This document shows, piece after piece, positions 7,666 through 16,784 of a stretch of 44,554 nt of DNA; position 1 is the stretch's first letter; the number at the start of each line of letters is the position of its first letter. Where the stretch lies: assembly GCA_026786145.1 (NCBI GenBank), contig JAJAYQ010000051.1, positions 1 through 44,554 of the forward strand, read 5' to 3'. This DNA comes from Spirochaetaceae bacterium. Lineage in GTDB: Bacteria > Actinomycetota > Actinomycetes > JACCUZ01. Below the pieces are notes generated by a model that was not told the DNA's origin, did no database searches, and worked only from the letters and a program-made list of their open reading frames with translations. Both the position numbers and the translations under genes were made by a program.

Positions 7666-9127
7666 GCAAAGGGAGGGGGTGGGCGTCGGGGGCGTGGTCG
7701 AGGACGCCGCCGGCGGGGTCGTCGACGGGGTAGGGGGTCAAGGTGCGGGCGGGCTCCTGGACGGTGGCGATCCAGGGGGATGCACCGTCGGGTGCGGCGC
7801 GGACAGGGTCCTGCTCCGGACGCAGGACGTCGCGGACGACCACTGCGCACAGCCAGAGCGTCCCGGCAACGTGGGCGAGGACCGTCGCGCCGTAGCCGTC
7901 CTCGCCCAGCGCCCGGTCCGGGTTCCCCGGCGGGTAACCGGCGATCAGCATCCAGGTCCCGACGAAGTGCACGACCTCCGCGGCCTGCCAGATCAGGAAG
8001 TCCCGCCACCGGGGCCTGGCCAGCGCCGCGAGCGGCAGCAGCCACAGCGCGTACTGCGGGGAGTAGACCTTGTTGGTCAGCACGAATGCGGCCACGACGA
8101 GGAACACGAGCTGGGGCAGCCGCGGCCTGCGCTCGGCGCGCAGCCCCAGCACCGCCACCCCGACGCAGGCCAGGGCGAACAGCCCGCCGGACACGACGTT
8201 GAGCGCCCCCTCCGGCACCGAGTAGCCCTGCTGGCTCAGGACGAACCACACCGAGCCGAAGCCCGCGCCGCGATCCTCGGAGAGCCGGTAGAAGCGGGCC
8301 CAGCCGTCGACGTCGACGAGCATCACCGGGACGTTCACCACCGTCCAGGCGCCGACGGCAGCAACCAGCGCCGCCCAGAACTCCCGCATCCGCCCGGCCC
8401 GCCAGCAGAGCACCAGCAGCGGTCCCAGGACGAAGAGCGGGTAGAACTTCGTCGCGGCCGCCAGCCCGATCAGGACCCCGGCCGCCACCGGTCTCGCGCG
8501 GGCCCAGGCCAGCATGCCCAGGGCGAGCAACGCCACGGCATACAGGTCCCAGTTGATCGTCCCTGACAGGGCGAGGACCGGCGCGAGCGCGAACAAGGCG
8601 GCGTCCCACGGCCGGCGACCCGCTGTCCGTGCCGTCGCGGCGACCGCGATCGCGGCGCAGAGGGCCAGCGCCAGGGCGTTGATGTCGAAGTAGCGGAGGG
8701 TGCGAGCGCTGGCGTCCCCCGGGTCCGCGGAGCTGCCAACGGCTTGAGCGGTCAGCCACATGGCGGCACCGGTGAGGACGGGGTACTCCACCCGCCGGTC
8801 GCCCACCTGGTCGATGTAGGGCACCTCGCCGTCGGCGAGCCCGCGGCCGAAGTACAGCGGGGGGATGTCGCTGTAGCAGGAGTGCACGTAGACACCCGGT
8901 GCCCCCCACCCCGTGTCGCGGCAAAACTCCTTCTGCACCAACCCGATCCCGCAGGTCAGGAAGGTCAGCGCGAGCAGCACCCGCAACGGGGTCCACCAGC
9001 TGGTGCCGGTGCGGGCGTGGCGGCCCAGTGGCCCGCCGAGTGCCTCACTCCCGAGGTGTACGACGGGGTCGTCCCTCGACGGTGCCACGACACCACCCGG
9101 TTCGCGCCCCCGCTCGACGGAGGTCAC
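7637..9127 (-). CDS. polytopic membrane glycosyltransferase, GT87/DUF2029 family (Mtb Rv0051-like by synteny with ponA)
   Basis: The protein has many TM helices (LRVLLALTFLTCGIGLV, AATKFYPLFVLGPLLVLCW, LVFLVVAAFVLTNKVYSPQY.LWLLPL). In-frame GTG 9127 lies 4 nt after the PBP stop. The upstream Arg/Pro-rich 98 codons overlap ponA and were rejected. Confidence 0.75.
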   Translation of the reverse strand: MTSVERGREPGGVVAPSRDDPVVHLGSEALGGPLGRHARTGTSWWTPLRVLLALTFLTCGIGLVQKEFCRDTGWGAPGVYVHSCYSDIPPLYFGRGLADGEVPYIDQVGDRRVEYPVLTGAAMWLTAQAVGSSADPGDASARTLRYFDINALALALCAAIAVAATARTAGRRPWDAALFALAPVLALSGTINWDLYAVALLALGMLAWARARPVAAGVLIGLAAATKFYPLFVLGPLLVLCWRAGRMREFWAALVAAVGAWTVVNVPVMLVDVDGWARFYRLSEDRGAGFGSVWFVLSQQGYSVPEGALNVVSGGLFALACVGVAVLGLRAERRPRLPQLVFLVVAAFVLTNKVYSPQYALWLLPLAALARPRWRDFLIWQAAEVVHFVGTWMLIAGYPPGNPDRALGEDGYGATVLAHVAGTLWLCAVVVRDVLRPEQDPVRAAPDGASPWIATVQEPARTLTPYPVDDPAGGVLDHAPDAHPLPLRNRPRTGGG

Positions 9128-9131
9128 CGGG

Positions 9132-11321
9132 TCAGCCGACGCCTGGCGAGATGGTGACGTCCTGCGGCGGCGGGGTCGACTCGGTCGGTGCCGGGACCGG
9201 GGTCTCCGTCGGAGTGACCGACGGGGTCGGCACGACCACGGTCTCGGTGGGCGTCGGCGACTCGGACTCGCTCGGTGACGGCTCGGGTGCCGGGTTGATG
9301 GTGTCGCCGACGTCGGCCCGCGGCGGGAAGTCCTGGACCTCTTTGCCCTCCATGGCTCCCAGCATGAATGCCGTCCAGATCCGGGCGGGGTACTCGCCGC
9401 CGAAGAACGTCGAGAGGCCACCCACCCCGTCGAGGTCGGCCCTGCCGGTTCCCTTGTAGAAGCTGACCGCCGCCGAGAGCTGTGGGGTGTAGCCGACGAA
9501 CCAGGCCGACGTCACTGTATCGGGGCGCAGCGCCGCGGTCCCCGTCTTCCCGGCGGCGGGCCGGCCCAGCGCACGTGCCTCGGTGCCCGTCCCGCTCTGC
9601 ACGACCTGCTGGAGCGCATAGCTCAGGTCGGCCATCACGTCCTCGTCGAAGGCCTGTTCGGTGCCGGTGTCGGCCTTGTACCGGGTGCCGCCGTTGGCGC
9701 CCTTGACCTCCGCGACGACGTGCCATTTCGCCCGCTCGCCCTGTGCGGCGAACGTCGCGTAGGCATTGGCCATGTCGATGTTGCGCACCGACGCGGTGCC
9801 CAGCGGGATGACCGCGTTGGCCTCCAGTCCTGGCGTGTCCTCCGGGATGCCGGCCGCGATCGCTGACTCGCGCACCCGCTCCGGCCCCATCTCGAGAGTG
9901 AGGTCGACGTACGCCGTGTTGATGGACTCTCGCGTCGCCTGGATGAGGTCCACCGACGAGCCGTAGTCGTTGTCGAACTCGTTGCCGACAGTCGTGTCGG
10001 TGCCCGGCAGCTCCAGCGGCGAGTTGCCCTGGAACGTGCTGCGCAGACCGATCCCGTCCTCCAGCGCACCGGCCAGGGCGAACGGCTTGAACGAGGAGCC
10101 CGGCTGGATCGCGGCCTGGGTCGCCTCGTTGAGCTGGCCGGCCTCCGGCCCGCCGTACATCGCGATGACGGCGCCGGTGCCGGGCTCGACCGCCGAGAGC
10201 CCGATGTGCACGTTGCGGGCGTTCTCGGTCGGACGCTCCTCCCGCACCGCCCGGACGGCCGCGCGCTGGGACCTGCGGTCGAAGGTGCTGGTGACGCGCA
10301 GGCCGCCGAGGTCGATGTCGCGGTCGGTGAACCCCTGCGCCCTGAGCTCGCGGCGCACCGTGTCCATCAGGTAGTAGCTGGGCCCGCCGCGCGGCTTGCC
10401 GGGCTCGGCGGTCTGCGGGACGGTCATCCCCGCGCGCTCGCCCGCCGCCAGCCAGTCGTTGGTGACCATGCCGTCCAGGACGTAGTCGAAGCGGCCCTGC
10501 AGCCGGTCGGCGTCCTCGTCGGGGTCATAGTTGGCCGGCGAGCGGATCACCGAGGCGAGCACCGCGCCCTCCTCGACAGTGAGCTCCGACGCGGGCTTGT
10601 CGAAGTAGGTCGAAGCGGCGGTCTCGATCCCGTAGGCGCCGCGACCGAAGTAGATGGTGTTCAGGTAGTCGGCCAGGATCGTGTCCTTGTCATCGCGGCG
10701 GGCGAGCTTCACCGAGATGAGGAACTCCTTGAACTTGCGGGTGTACGTCCGCTCCTGGGAGAGGTAGGCGTTCTTCGCGTACTGCTGGGTGATCGTCGAG
10801 CCGCCCTGGATCGAGCCGCCGCGCAGGTTGCTCCAGAAGGCGCGGGCGATGCCGGTCGGCGAGATGCCGCGGTTCTCGTAGAACGACCGGTCCTCGGCGG
10901 CGAGCACGGCCTTCTGCACGTGCTCCGGGACCTGGTCGAGCGGGACGATGATGCGGTTCTGCTCACCGAACCGGCCGATCTCGGCCTTGCCGTTGTCGAA
11001 GTAGACGATCGTCGTCTGCGCGCTGACGAGCTCGTTCGGCGTCGGGATGGGCGTCGCGGCGTACGCCACTCCGACCAGCAGGACCACGGCCACGAACCCC
11101 CCGAGCGCCAGTGCCAGGAGCTGGCGGAACGACGGCAGGTAGCGGCGGACGCCGTCGTAGTTCTCGCGCGGGTAGTCGACTCTCAACGTCAGCGTCCGTA
11201 GGTCGGGGGCGGGATGGTGAGGCGACAGCCTAACGACCAGCCCCGGACCGCGGTGCCGCCACGGCCGGGGCATCACCGGGTCGCTGGACTTGCACACATC
11301 GAAAGCGGCGCCTATCGTCAC
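9132..11321 (-). CDS. ponA: class A penicillin-binding protein (glycosyltransferase GT51 + transpeptidase)
   Basis: GT51 motifs AAEDRSFYENRGISP and GGSTITQQYAKN are present, followed by the transpeptidase SxxK (PGSSFKP), then KTGT and a Pro/Thr-rich tail. The start is uncertain (GTG 11321 or ATG 11273). Confidence 0.9.
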   Translation of the reverse strand: MTIGAAFDVCKSSDPVMPRPWRHRGPGLVVRLSPHHPAPDLRTLTLRVDYPRENYDGVRRYLPSFRQLLALALGGFVAVVLLVGVAYAATPIPTPNELVSAQTTIVYFDNGKAEIGRFGEQNRIIVPLDQVPEHVQKAVLAAEDRSFYENRGISPTGIARAFWSNLRGGSIQGGSTITQQYAKNAYLSQERTYTRKFKEFLISVKLARRDDKDTILADYLNTIYFGRGAYGIETAASTYFDKPASELTVEEGAVLASVIRSPANYDPDEDADRLQGRFDYVLDGMVTNDWLAAGERAGMTVPQTAEPGKPRGGPSYYLMDTVRRELRAQGFTDRDIDLGGLRVTSTFDRRSQRAAVRAVREERPTENARNVHIGLSAVEPGTGAVIAMYGGPEAGQLNEATQAAIQPGSSFKPFALAGALEDGIGLRSTFQGNSPLELPGTDTTVGNEFDNDYGSSVDLIQATRESINTAYVDLTLEMGPERVRESAIAAGIPEDTPGLEANAVIPLGTASVRNIDMANAYATFAAQGERAKWHVVAEVKGANGGTRYKADTGTEQAFDEDVMADLSYALQQVVQSGTGTEARALGRPAAGKTGTAALRPDTVTSAWFVGYTPQLSAAVSFYKGTGRADLDGVGGLSTFFGGEYPARIWTAFMLGAMEGKEVQDFPPRADVGDTINPAPEPSPSESESPTPTETVVVPTPSVTPTETPVPAPTESTPPPQDVTISPGVG

Positions 11322-11342
11322 GATGTATCCACCCGATACATC
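11322..11342. promoter_or_regulatory. palindrome GATGTATC-N5-GATACATC in ponA/padR divergent intergenic, candidate PadR operator
   Basis: 8-bp perfect inverted arms contain ATGT...ACAT half-sites, 24 bp upstream of the PadR-family start. Confidence 0.4.
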
Positions 11343-11365
11343 TAGGCGATAGCACGGGAGGTTCG

Positions 11366-12001
11366 GTGGCCAAGCGCGCCGGTGTCCTCGAGCTGGCCGT
11401 CCTGGGCCTGCTGCAGGAGAGCCCGCGCCACGGGTACGAGCTGCGCAAGCAGCTCAACTCGCTGCTCGGCTCCTTCCGGGCCTTCTCCTACGGCTCGCTC
11501 TACCCCTGCCTCAAGGCGATGCTGCGCGACGGCATCGTCGCCGAGGACACTGCTGACGCAGGGTCCTCCCGGCCCGCCACCAGCGGCGCCGGCAAGCGGT
11601 CCCGCATCGTCTACAAGCTCACCGCCGAGGGCAAGGAGCACTTGGCCGCGCTGCTCGCCGAGGGCGGCCCCTCGGCCTGGGACGACGAGGGCTTCGGCGT
11701 GCACTTCGCCTTCTTCGGGCGTACGGACGCCGCCACCCGGCTGCGCATCCTGGAGGGTCGTCGCTCACGGCTAGAGGAGCGCGTCGAGGGCTTCCGCACC
11801 TCGCTGTCCCGGACGCGCGCGCGGCTGGACACCTACACCCTCGAGCTGCAGCGACACGGCCTCGAGTCCGTGGAGCGCGAGGTCCGTTGGCTCTCCGAGC
11901 TGATCGACGACGAGCGGCGCCGAGAAGCGCCCCGTCCGTCGCCGGACCGTCCACAGTCGGCCGCACCAAGGATTTCTGCACAAAGCCCGAGAAAGTCATG
12001 A
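11366..12001 (+). CDS. PadR-family transcriptional regulator
   Basis: [23 protein letters not shown]......[15 protein letters not shown] is the PadR wHTH signature. GTG 11366 is preceded by GGGAGG. Confidence 0.9.
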   Translation: MAKRAGVLELAVLGLLQESPRHGYELRKQLNSLLGSFRAFSYGSLYPCLKAMLRDGIVAEDTADAGSSRPATSGAGKRSRIVYKLTAEGKEHLAALLAEGGPSAWDDEGFGVHFAFFGRTDAATRLRILEGRRSRLEERVEGFRTSLSRTRARLDTYTLELQRHGLESVEREVRWLSELIDDERRREAPRPSPDRPQSAAPRISAQSPRKS

Positions 12002-13098
12002 CGATGAAGGAGCACCCCATGGGTTCGGTTCGCGTGGCCATCGTCGGCGTCGGCAACTGTGCCGCGTCGCTGGTCCAGGGCGTCGAGTACTACAAGGACG
12101 CCGACCCCGCAGGCCGGGTCCCCGGTCTCATGCACGTCCAGTTCGGTCCGTACCACGTCCGTGACGTGCAGTTCGTGGCCGCTTTCGACGTCGACGCGAA
12201 GAAGGTAGGACAGGACCTCTCAGATGCGATCGTCGCGAGCGAGAACAACACGATCAAGATCTGCGACGTGCCCCCGACCGGAATCACGGTCGCTCGGGGT
12301 CACACCCTCGACGGTCTCGGCAAGTACTACCGCGAGACCATCACCGAGTCCGACGAGGAGCCCGTCGACGTCGTCGCCCGGCTGCGCGAGACCGAGGCCG
12401 ACGTTCTCGTCTGCTACCTGCCCGTCGGCTCCGAGGACGCAGCCCGCTTCTACGCCCAGTGCGCCATCGACGCAGGTGTCGCCTTCGTCAACGCGCTCCC
12501 GGTGTTCATCGCCGGCACCCCTGAGTGGGCCGAGAAGTTCCGGGTTGCCGGTGTGCCGATTGTCGGCGACGACATCAAGTCGCAGGTCGGTGCGACCATC
12601 ACCCACCGCGTGCTCGCCAAGCTGTTCGAGGACCGCGGCGTCGTGCTCGACCGCACCTACCAGCTCAACGTCGGCGGCAACATGGACTTCAAGAACATGC
12701 TGGAACGCGACCGTCTCGAGTCGAAGAAGATCTCGAAGACCCAGGCCGTCACCAGCAACTTCGAGCACCACCTCGACAAGCGCAACGTGCACATCGGGCC
12801 GTCGGACTACATCCAGTGGCTGGACGACCGCAAGTGGGCGTATGTCCGGCTGGAGGGTCGCAACTTCGGCGACGTGCCGCTGAACATGGAGTACAAGCTC
12901 GAGGTCTGGGACTCGCCGAACTCGGCCGGAGTCATCATCGACGCGATCCGTGCGGCGAAGATCGCCAAGGACCGCGGCATCGGTGGCCCGCTGCTTTCCG
13001 CCTCCTCCTACTTCATGAAGTCCCCGCCCGAGCAGTTCGACGACGAGACCGCGAAGAACAACGTCGAAGCCTTCATCCGCGGCGACGTCGAGCGCTGA
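11998..13098 (+). CDS. ino1: myo-inositol-1-phosphate synthase
   Basis: [30 protein letters not shown]...[19 protein letters not shown] and [11 protein letters not shown] are present. ATG 11998 overlaps the padR stop (ATGA). The product is 366 aa. Confidence 0.93.
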   Translation: MTMKEHPMGSVRVAIVGVGNCAASLVQGVEYYKDADPAGRVPGLMHVQFGPYHVRDVQFVAAFDVDAKKVGQDLSDAIVASENNTIKICDVPPTGITVARGHTLDGLGKYYRETITESDEEPVDVVARLRETEADVLVCYLPVGSEDAARFYAQCAIDAGVAFVNALPVFIAGTPEWAEKFRVAGVPIVGDDIKSQVGATITHRVLAKLFEDRGVVLDRTYQLNVGGNMDFKNMLERDRLESKKISKTQAVTSNFEHHLDKRNVHIGPSDYIQWLDDRKWAYVRLEGRNFGDVPLNMEYKLEVWDSPNSAGVIIDAIRAAKIAKDRGIGGPLLSASSYFMKSPPEQFDDETAKNNVEAFIRGDVER

Positions 13099-13278
13099 GC
13101 CTCGCGGAGTGGTCGGCGAGGAACGAGCCGCCCGCGCAGCGAGCGAAGCCCGACGGCGCCCAACGGTATAGCGACGTCGAGCGCTGAGCCTCGCGGAGTG
13201 GTCGGCGAGGAACGAGCCGCCCGCGCAGCGAGCGAAGCCCGACGGCGCCCAACGGTATAGCGACGTCGAGCGCTGAGC
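13082..13278. repeat. perfect 89-bp tandem repeat, 2.2 copies (13082-13170, 13171-13259, 13260-13278), first copy includes ino1 stop codon
   Basis: The unit is gcgacgtcgagcgctgagc + 70 nt (ctcgcggagtggtcggcgagg...caacggtata). Copies 1 and 2 are identical base for base. The third copy keeps only the 19-nt head. Confidence 0.95.
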
Positions 13279-13295
13279 GGTCTGAACGTCCGACC

Positions 13296-13346
13296 GAAGC
13301 GGACCGGCTCCCTGCCTCGAAAGAGGTTGGCCGGCCGGTCCGCTTC
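13296..13346 (+). terminator. 12-bp stem hairpin after ino1/tandem repeat
   Basis: gaagcggaccgg (13296-13307) pairs with ccggtccgcttc (13335-13346) and is followed by gtttcc. There is an inner cctc-gaaa-gagg hairpin. The arms resemble the 4155-4215 hairpin. Confidence 0.45.
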
Positions 13347-13391
13347 GTTTCCGGGGCGGCCGGGCCGGCTCACGTACCGCCGTACGCTTGC

Positions 13392-14786
13392 GTGATGTCG
13401 TACGCCGGGGACCTGCGAGCGGTCCTGCGGCACCGCAACTTCCGGCGGCTCTTCGCGACCCGGCTGACCTCGCAGGCCGCCGACGGCGCGTTCCAGGCGG
13501 CGCTCGCGAGCCTGTTCTTCTTCTCTCCCGAACGTCAGACCTCAGCCGGTAGCGTCGCCACGGCCTTCGCCGTGCTGCTGCTGCCGTACTCGGTGGTCGG
13601 CCCGTTCGCCGGCGTCCTGCTCGACCGCTGGCGCCGGCGGCAGATCCTCGTCATCGCCAACCTCCTGCGGACGGCGATGGTGCTGGGCGTCGCGGGCATG
13701 ACCTTCGCGGACGTCGTGGGAGTCCCCCTCTACACGGCGGTGCTGGCCTGCCTGTCGGTCAACCGCTTCTTCCTCGCCGGCCTCTCGGCGGCACTGCCGC
13801 ACGTTGTGACCCGCGACGAGCTGGTGATGGCCAACTCGGTGTCGACGACGACCGGCACGATCGTCGCGATCACTGGTGGAGGTGTCGGCTTCCTGCTCAA
13901 GGGGCTCTTCGGCGGGGGGTCGGGCGCCGACGGAGGGGTGATCGTGGTGGCCGCGGCGGCGTACGCCCTCGCCGCGGCGCTGGCCGCGCGCATGGACCGC
14001 GACCTGCTCGGCCCCGACCTCGACGAGGAGGGTCCGGAGACCCGCGAAGCCGTACGCCGGGTGGCGTACGGACTGGTCGACGGTGCCCGACACGTGTGGT
14101 CCCACCGACCCGCCGCGTACGCCCTCACGGCCATCGGCGCGCACCGGTTCTTCTACGGCGTCTCGACCATCTCGGCGATCCTGCTGTTCCGCAGCTACTT
14201 CAACGATCCCGACGACGTAGACGCCGGCCTCGCCGGGCTTGCCAGCGCGTTCGCGGCCTCGGGCGCCGGCTTCCTGCTGGCCGCCGTGATCACGCCTTGG
14301 GTGACGCACCGCATCTCCAAGCAGCGCTGGATCGCCGCCTGCTTCGCCTTCGCCGCTGCGGCCGAGGCGGTGTACATCTTCTGGCTCTCCGAGTGGCTGC
14401 TGCTGGCCGGTGCGTTCGTCGTGGGGGTGGCCGCGCAGGGCTCCAAGATCTGCGTCGACACCATCGTGCAGGAGTCGGTCGACGATGCCTACCGCGGCCG
14501 TGTCTTCTCGTTCTACGACGTCATCTTCAACATCGCGTTCGTCTCGGCCGCGGCGTTCGGTGCACTGGCGCTGCCGGCCGACGGCAACTCACCGGCCGTG
14601 TACGCCGTGATCGCCGTCGGCTACGGCCTGACCGCCGCGACGTACGCCTTCGCCACCTCCCGCCTCACCCCGTACGGGAATCGGAGCAGGGGGGTCAGCT
14701 CGGGGTCCGGGTGGACCACCAGCGGCGCAGCTCGGCCTCCGCATCCTCGGCCGACAGAGGGCCCTGCTCCATCCGGACCTCCTTGA
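13392..14786 (+). CDS. MFS transporter
   Basis: The 464-aa protein has about 12 hydrophobic segments, with an N-terminal RNFRRLF....TSQ..DG and the loop motif LLDRWRRRQILV. Its 3' end overlaps the convergent cca by 92 nt. Confidence 0.8.
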   Translation: MMSYAGDLRAVLRHRNFRRLFATRLTSQAADGAFQAALASLFFFSPERQTSAGSVATAFAVLLLPYSVVGPFAGVLLDRWRRRQILVIANLLRTAMVLGVAGMTFADVVGVPLYTAVLACLSVNRFFLAGLSAALPHVVTRDELVMANSVSTTTGTIVAITGGGVGFLLKGLFGGGSGADGGVIVVAAAAYALAAALAARMDRDLLGPDLDEEGPETREAVRRVAYGLVDGARHVWSHRPAAYALTAIGAHRFFYGVSTISAILLFRSYFNDPDDVDAGLAGLASAFAASGAGFLLAAVITPWVTHRISKQRWIAACFAFAAAAEAVYIFWLSEWLLLAGAFVVGVAAQGSKICVDTIVQESVDDAYRGRVFSFYDVIFNIAFVSAAAFGALALPADGNSPAVYAVIAVGYGLTAATYAFATSRLTPYGNRSRGVSSGSGWTTSGAARPPHPRPTEGPAPSGPP

Positions 14787-16173
14787 GGTGCCGCCACGCC
14801 TTGCCCACCACCGGACCGGGCGGCACGCCGAGGATCTCCATGATCGCCGTGCCGTCCAGGTCCGGGCGGATCGAGTCGAGCTCCTCCTGCTCCCGGAGCC
14901 GGGCGATCCACTCCTCCAGCGAGTCGTAGGTCTTGCGCAGCAGCTCGGCCTTGCGCCGGTTGCGGGTGGTCGAGTCCGACCTCGTCAGCTTGTGCAGCCG
15001 GTCGAGCAGCGGCCCGGCGTCGGAGACGTACCTGCGGACGGCCGCATCGGTCCAGACCCCGCTGCCGTAGCCGTGGAAGCGCAGGTGCAGCTCCACCAGG
15101 CGGGCTACGTCCTCCGTGACGTCCTTGGGGAACCGCAGCGCCTGCAGCCGCGCCCGTGTCATCTTCGCCCCGACCACCTCATGGTGGTGGAAGGAGACCC
15201 CGCCGCCCTTCTCGAAGCGGCGCGTGCGGGGCTTTCCGACGTCGTGCATCAGGGCTGCCAGGCGCAGCACGAGATCGGGTTCGCCCAGGCCATCCGTGGA
15301 CTCCTTCGACTCCAGCGCGATCGCCTGCTCGAGGACGGTGAGCGTGTGCTCGTAGACGTCCTTGTGCCGGTGGTGCTCGTCGATCTCCAACGCCAGCTTC
15401 GGCAGCTCGGGCAGGACGATGTCGGCGAGGCCGGTCTCGACCAGCAGGGTCAGCCCGGCCCGCGGCCCGGACCCACACACGATCTTGACGAGCTCGTCGC
15501 GGACCCGCTCCGCGGACACGATCGCGATCCGGCCCGCCATCTCCGTCATCGCGGCGACGACGGCAGGATCGACGGCGAACCCGAGCTGCGCGGCGAACCG
15601 CGCCACCCGCATCATCCGCAACGGGTCGTCGTCGAAGGAGTCCTCCGGGCGGCCCGGGGTGCGCAACACCTGGGCGGCGAGGTCGTCCAGGCCACCGAAG
15701 GGGTCGACGAACACCTTGTCCGGAAGGGTGACGGCCATCGCGTTGACCGTGAGATCGCGCCGCAGCAGGTCCCCCTCCAACGTGTCGCCGAAGGTCACCT
15801 CCGGCTTGCGCGAGGCGGCTCGGTAGACCTCGTCGCGGTACGTCGTGACCTCGAGGATCCAGTCCCCCTTGCGCGCACCCACGGTGCCGAAGGCGATGCC
15901 GACCTCCCACCACGCGTCGGCCCACCCCTGCAGCAGGACCAGGATCTGCTCGGGCCGGGCGTCGGTCGCGAAGTCGAGGTCCTGCCCGAGCCGGCCCAGC
16001 AGCGCGTCACGGACCGACCCGCCCACCAGGGCGAGCGAGTGCCCCGCCGACGCGAACAGCCCGCCCAGGTCGTCGACGACCGGCGCGGCCCGCAGCAGCT
16101 CGGAGATCAGCCGTCGCTGCGCCACGCTCAGCGCAGCGCGACGGTCGAGCGCCCCCGGCGCGGGCTGGGGCAT
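14695..16173 (-). CDS. cca: CCA-adding tRNA nucleotidyltransferase / poly(A) polymerase family with HD domain
   Basis: [13 protein letters not shown]...[16 protein letters not shown] and the HD region [11 protein letters not shown]...[11 protein letters not shown] are present. ATG 16173 gives 492 aa. The alternative GTG 16224 would add the (PDQ)3 repeat. The remainder of the 838-aa track ORF is an artefact. Confidence 0.88.
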   Translation of the reverse strand: MPQPAPGALDRRAALSVAQRRLISELLRAAPVVDDLGGLFASAGHSLALVGGSVRDALLGRLGQDLDFATDARPEQILVLLQGWADAWWEVGIAFGTVGARKGDWILEVTTYRDEVYRAASRKPEVTFGDTLEGDLLRRDLTVNAMAVTLPDKVFVDPFGGLDDLAAQVLRTPGRPEDSFDDDPLRMMRVARFAAQLGFAVDPAVVAAMTEMAGRIAIVSAERVRDELVKIVCGSGPRAGLTLLVETGLADIVLPELPKLALEIDEHHRHKDVYEHTLTVLEQAIALESKESTDGLGEPDLVLRLAALMHDVGKPRTRRFEKGGGVSFHHHEVVGAKMTRARLQALRFPKDVTEDVARLVELHLRFHGYGSGVWTDAAVRRYVSDAGPLLDRLHKLTRSDSTTRNRRKAELLRKTYDSLEEWIARLREQEELDSIRPDLDGTAIMEILGVPPGPVVGKAWRHLKEVRMEQGPLSAEDAEAELRRWWSTRTPS

Positions 16174-16190
16174 CGACTGGTCAGACTTGT

Positions 16191-16217
16191 CCGGCTGGTC
16201 CGGCTGGTCCGGCTGGT
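16191..16217. repeat. 3 x 9-bp perfect tandem repeat ccggctggt
   Basis: Direct reading. On the cca strand it encodes PDQPDQPDQ if translated from GTG 16224; otherwise it is 5' UTR. Confidence 0.9.
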
Positions 16218-16295
16218 CGGGCACGGCCGAAGGGTACGACCCCGCGCCATTTCGCTGGCCCACGAGGCGAGGGCACCGCTGGCTACCATCGACGG

Positions 16296-16784
16296 ATGGC
16301 CCGCCCACCCTCCCCTCGACGGCCCCGCGCCCGGTCCGGGCAGCCGGGCCTGCGCAAGGTGGAGGAGACCTCGGCCGGCGGACTGGTCGTGGACCGGTCA
16401 GGTTCCCAGCCGCGGGTGGCGCTGATCGGCCGGCTCGACCGCCGGGGTCGCCTCCTGTGGTCGCTGCCGAAGGGCCACCTCGAGGCGGGGGAGTCCACCC
16501 AGGACGCCGCCATCCGCGAGGTCGAGGAGGAGACCGGCATCCGCGGGCGGGTCCTGGCGCCGCTCGGCACCATCGACTACTGGTTCGTCGCGGACGACCG
16601 ACGGATCCACAAGACCGTGCACCACTACCTGCTCGAGGCCGCCGGCGGGGAGCTGAGCGACACCGACGTGGAGGTCGACGTGGTGGCCTGGGTCCCGTTC
16701 GGCGAGCTGGGCGCCCGGTTGGCCTACGCGGGTGAGCGCCGGCTGGCGGAGACGGCGGCGGGCCTCCTCGCGGACTCCGCGTGA
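16296..16784 (+). CDS. NUDIX hydrolase (MutT4-like by synteny)
   Basis: Nudix box [22 protein letters not shown]. The gene is divergent from cca. Confidence 0.9.
   Translation: MARPPSPRRPRARSGQPGLRKVEETSAGGLVVDRSGSQPRVALIGRLDRRGRLLWSLPKGHLEAGESTQDAAIREVEEETGIRGRVLAPLGTIDYWFVADDRRIHKTVHHYLLEAAGGELSDTDVEVDVVAWVPFGELGARLAYAGERRLAETAAGLLADSA

Noticed and set aside
13082-13278. Possible CRISPR array, because of exact direct repeats.
   Set aside because: The units are contiguous with no unique spacers. There are only 2.2 copies, the unit overlaps the ino1 stop codon, and no cas genes are nearby. It is a tandem duplication.
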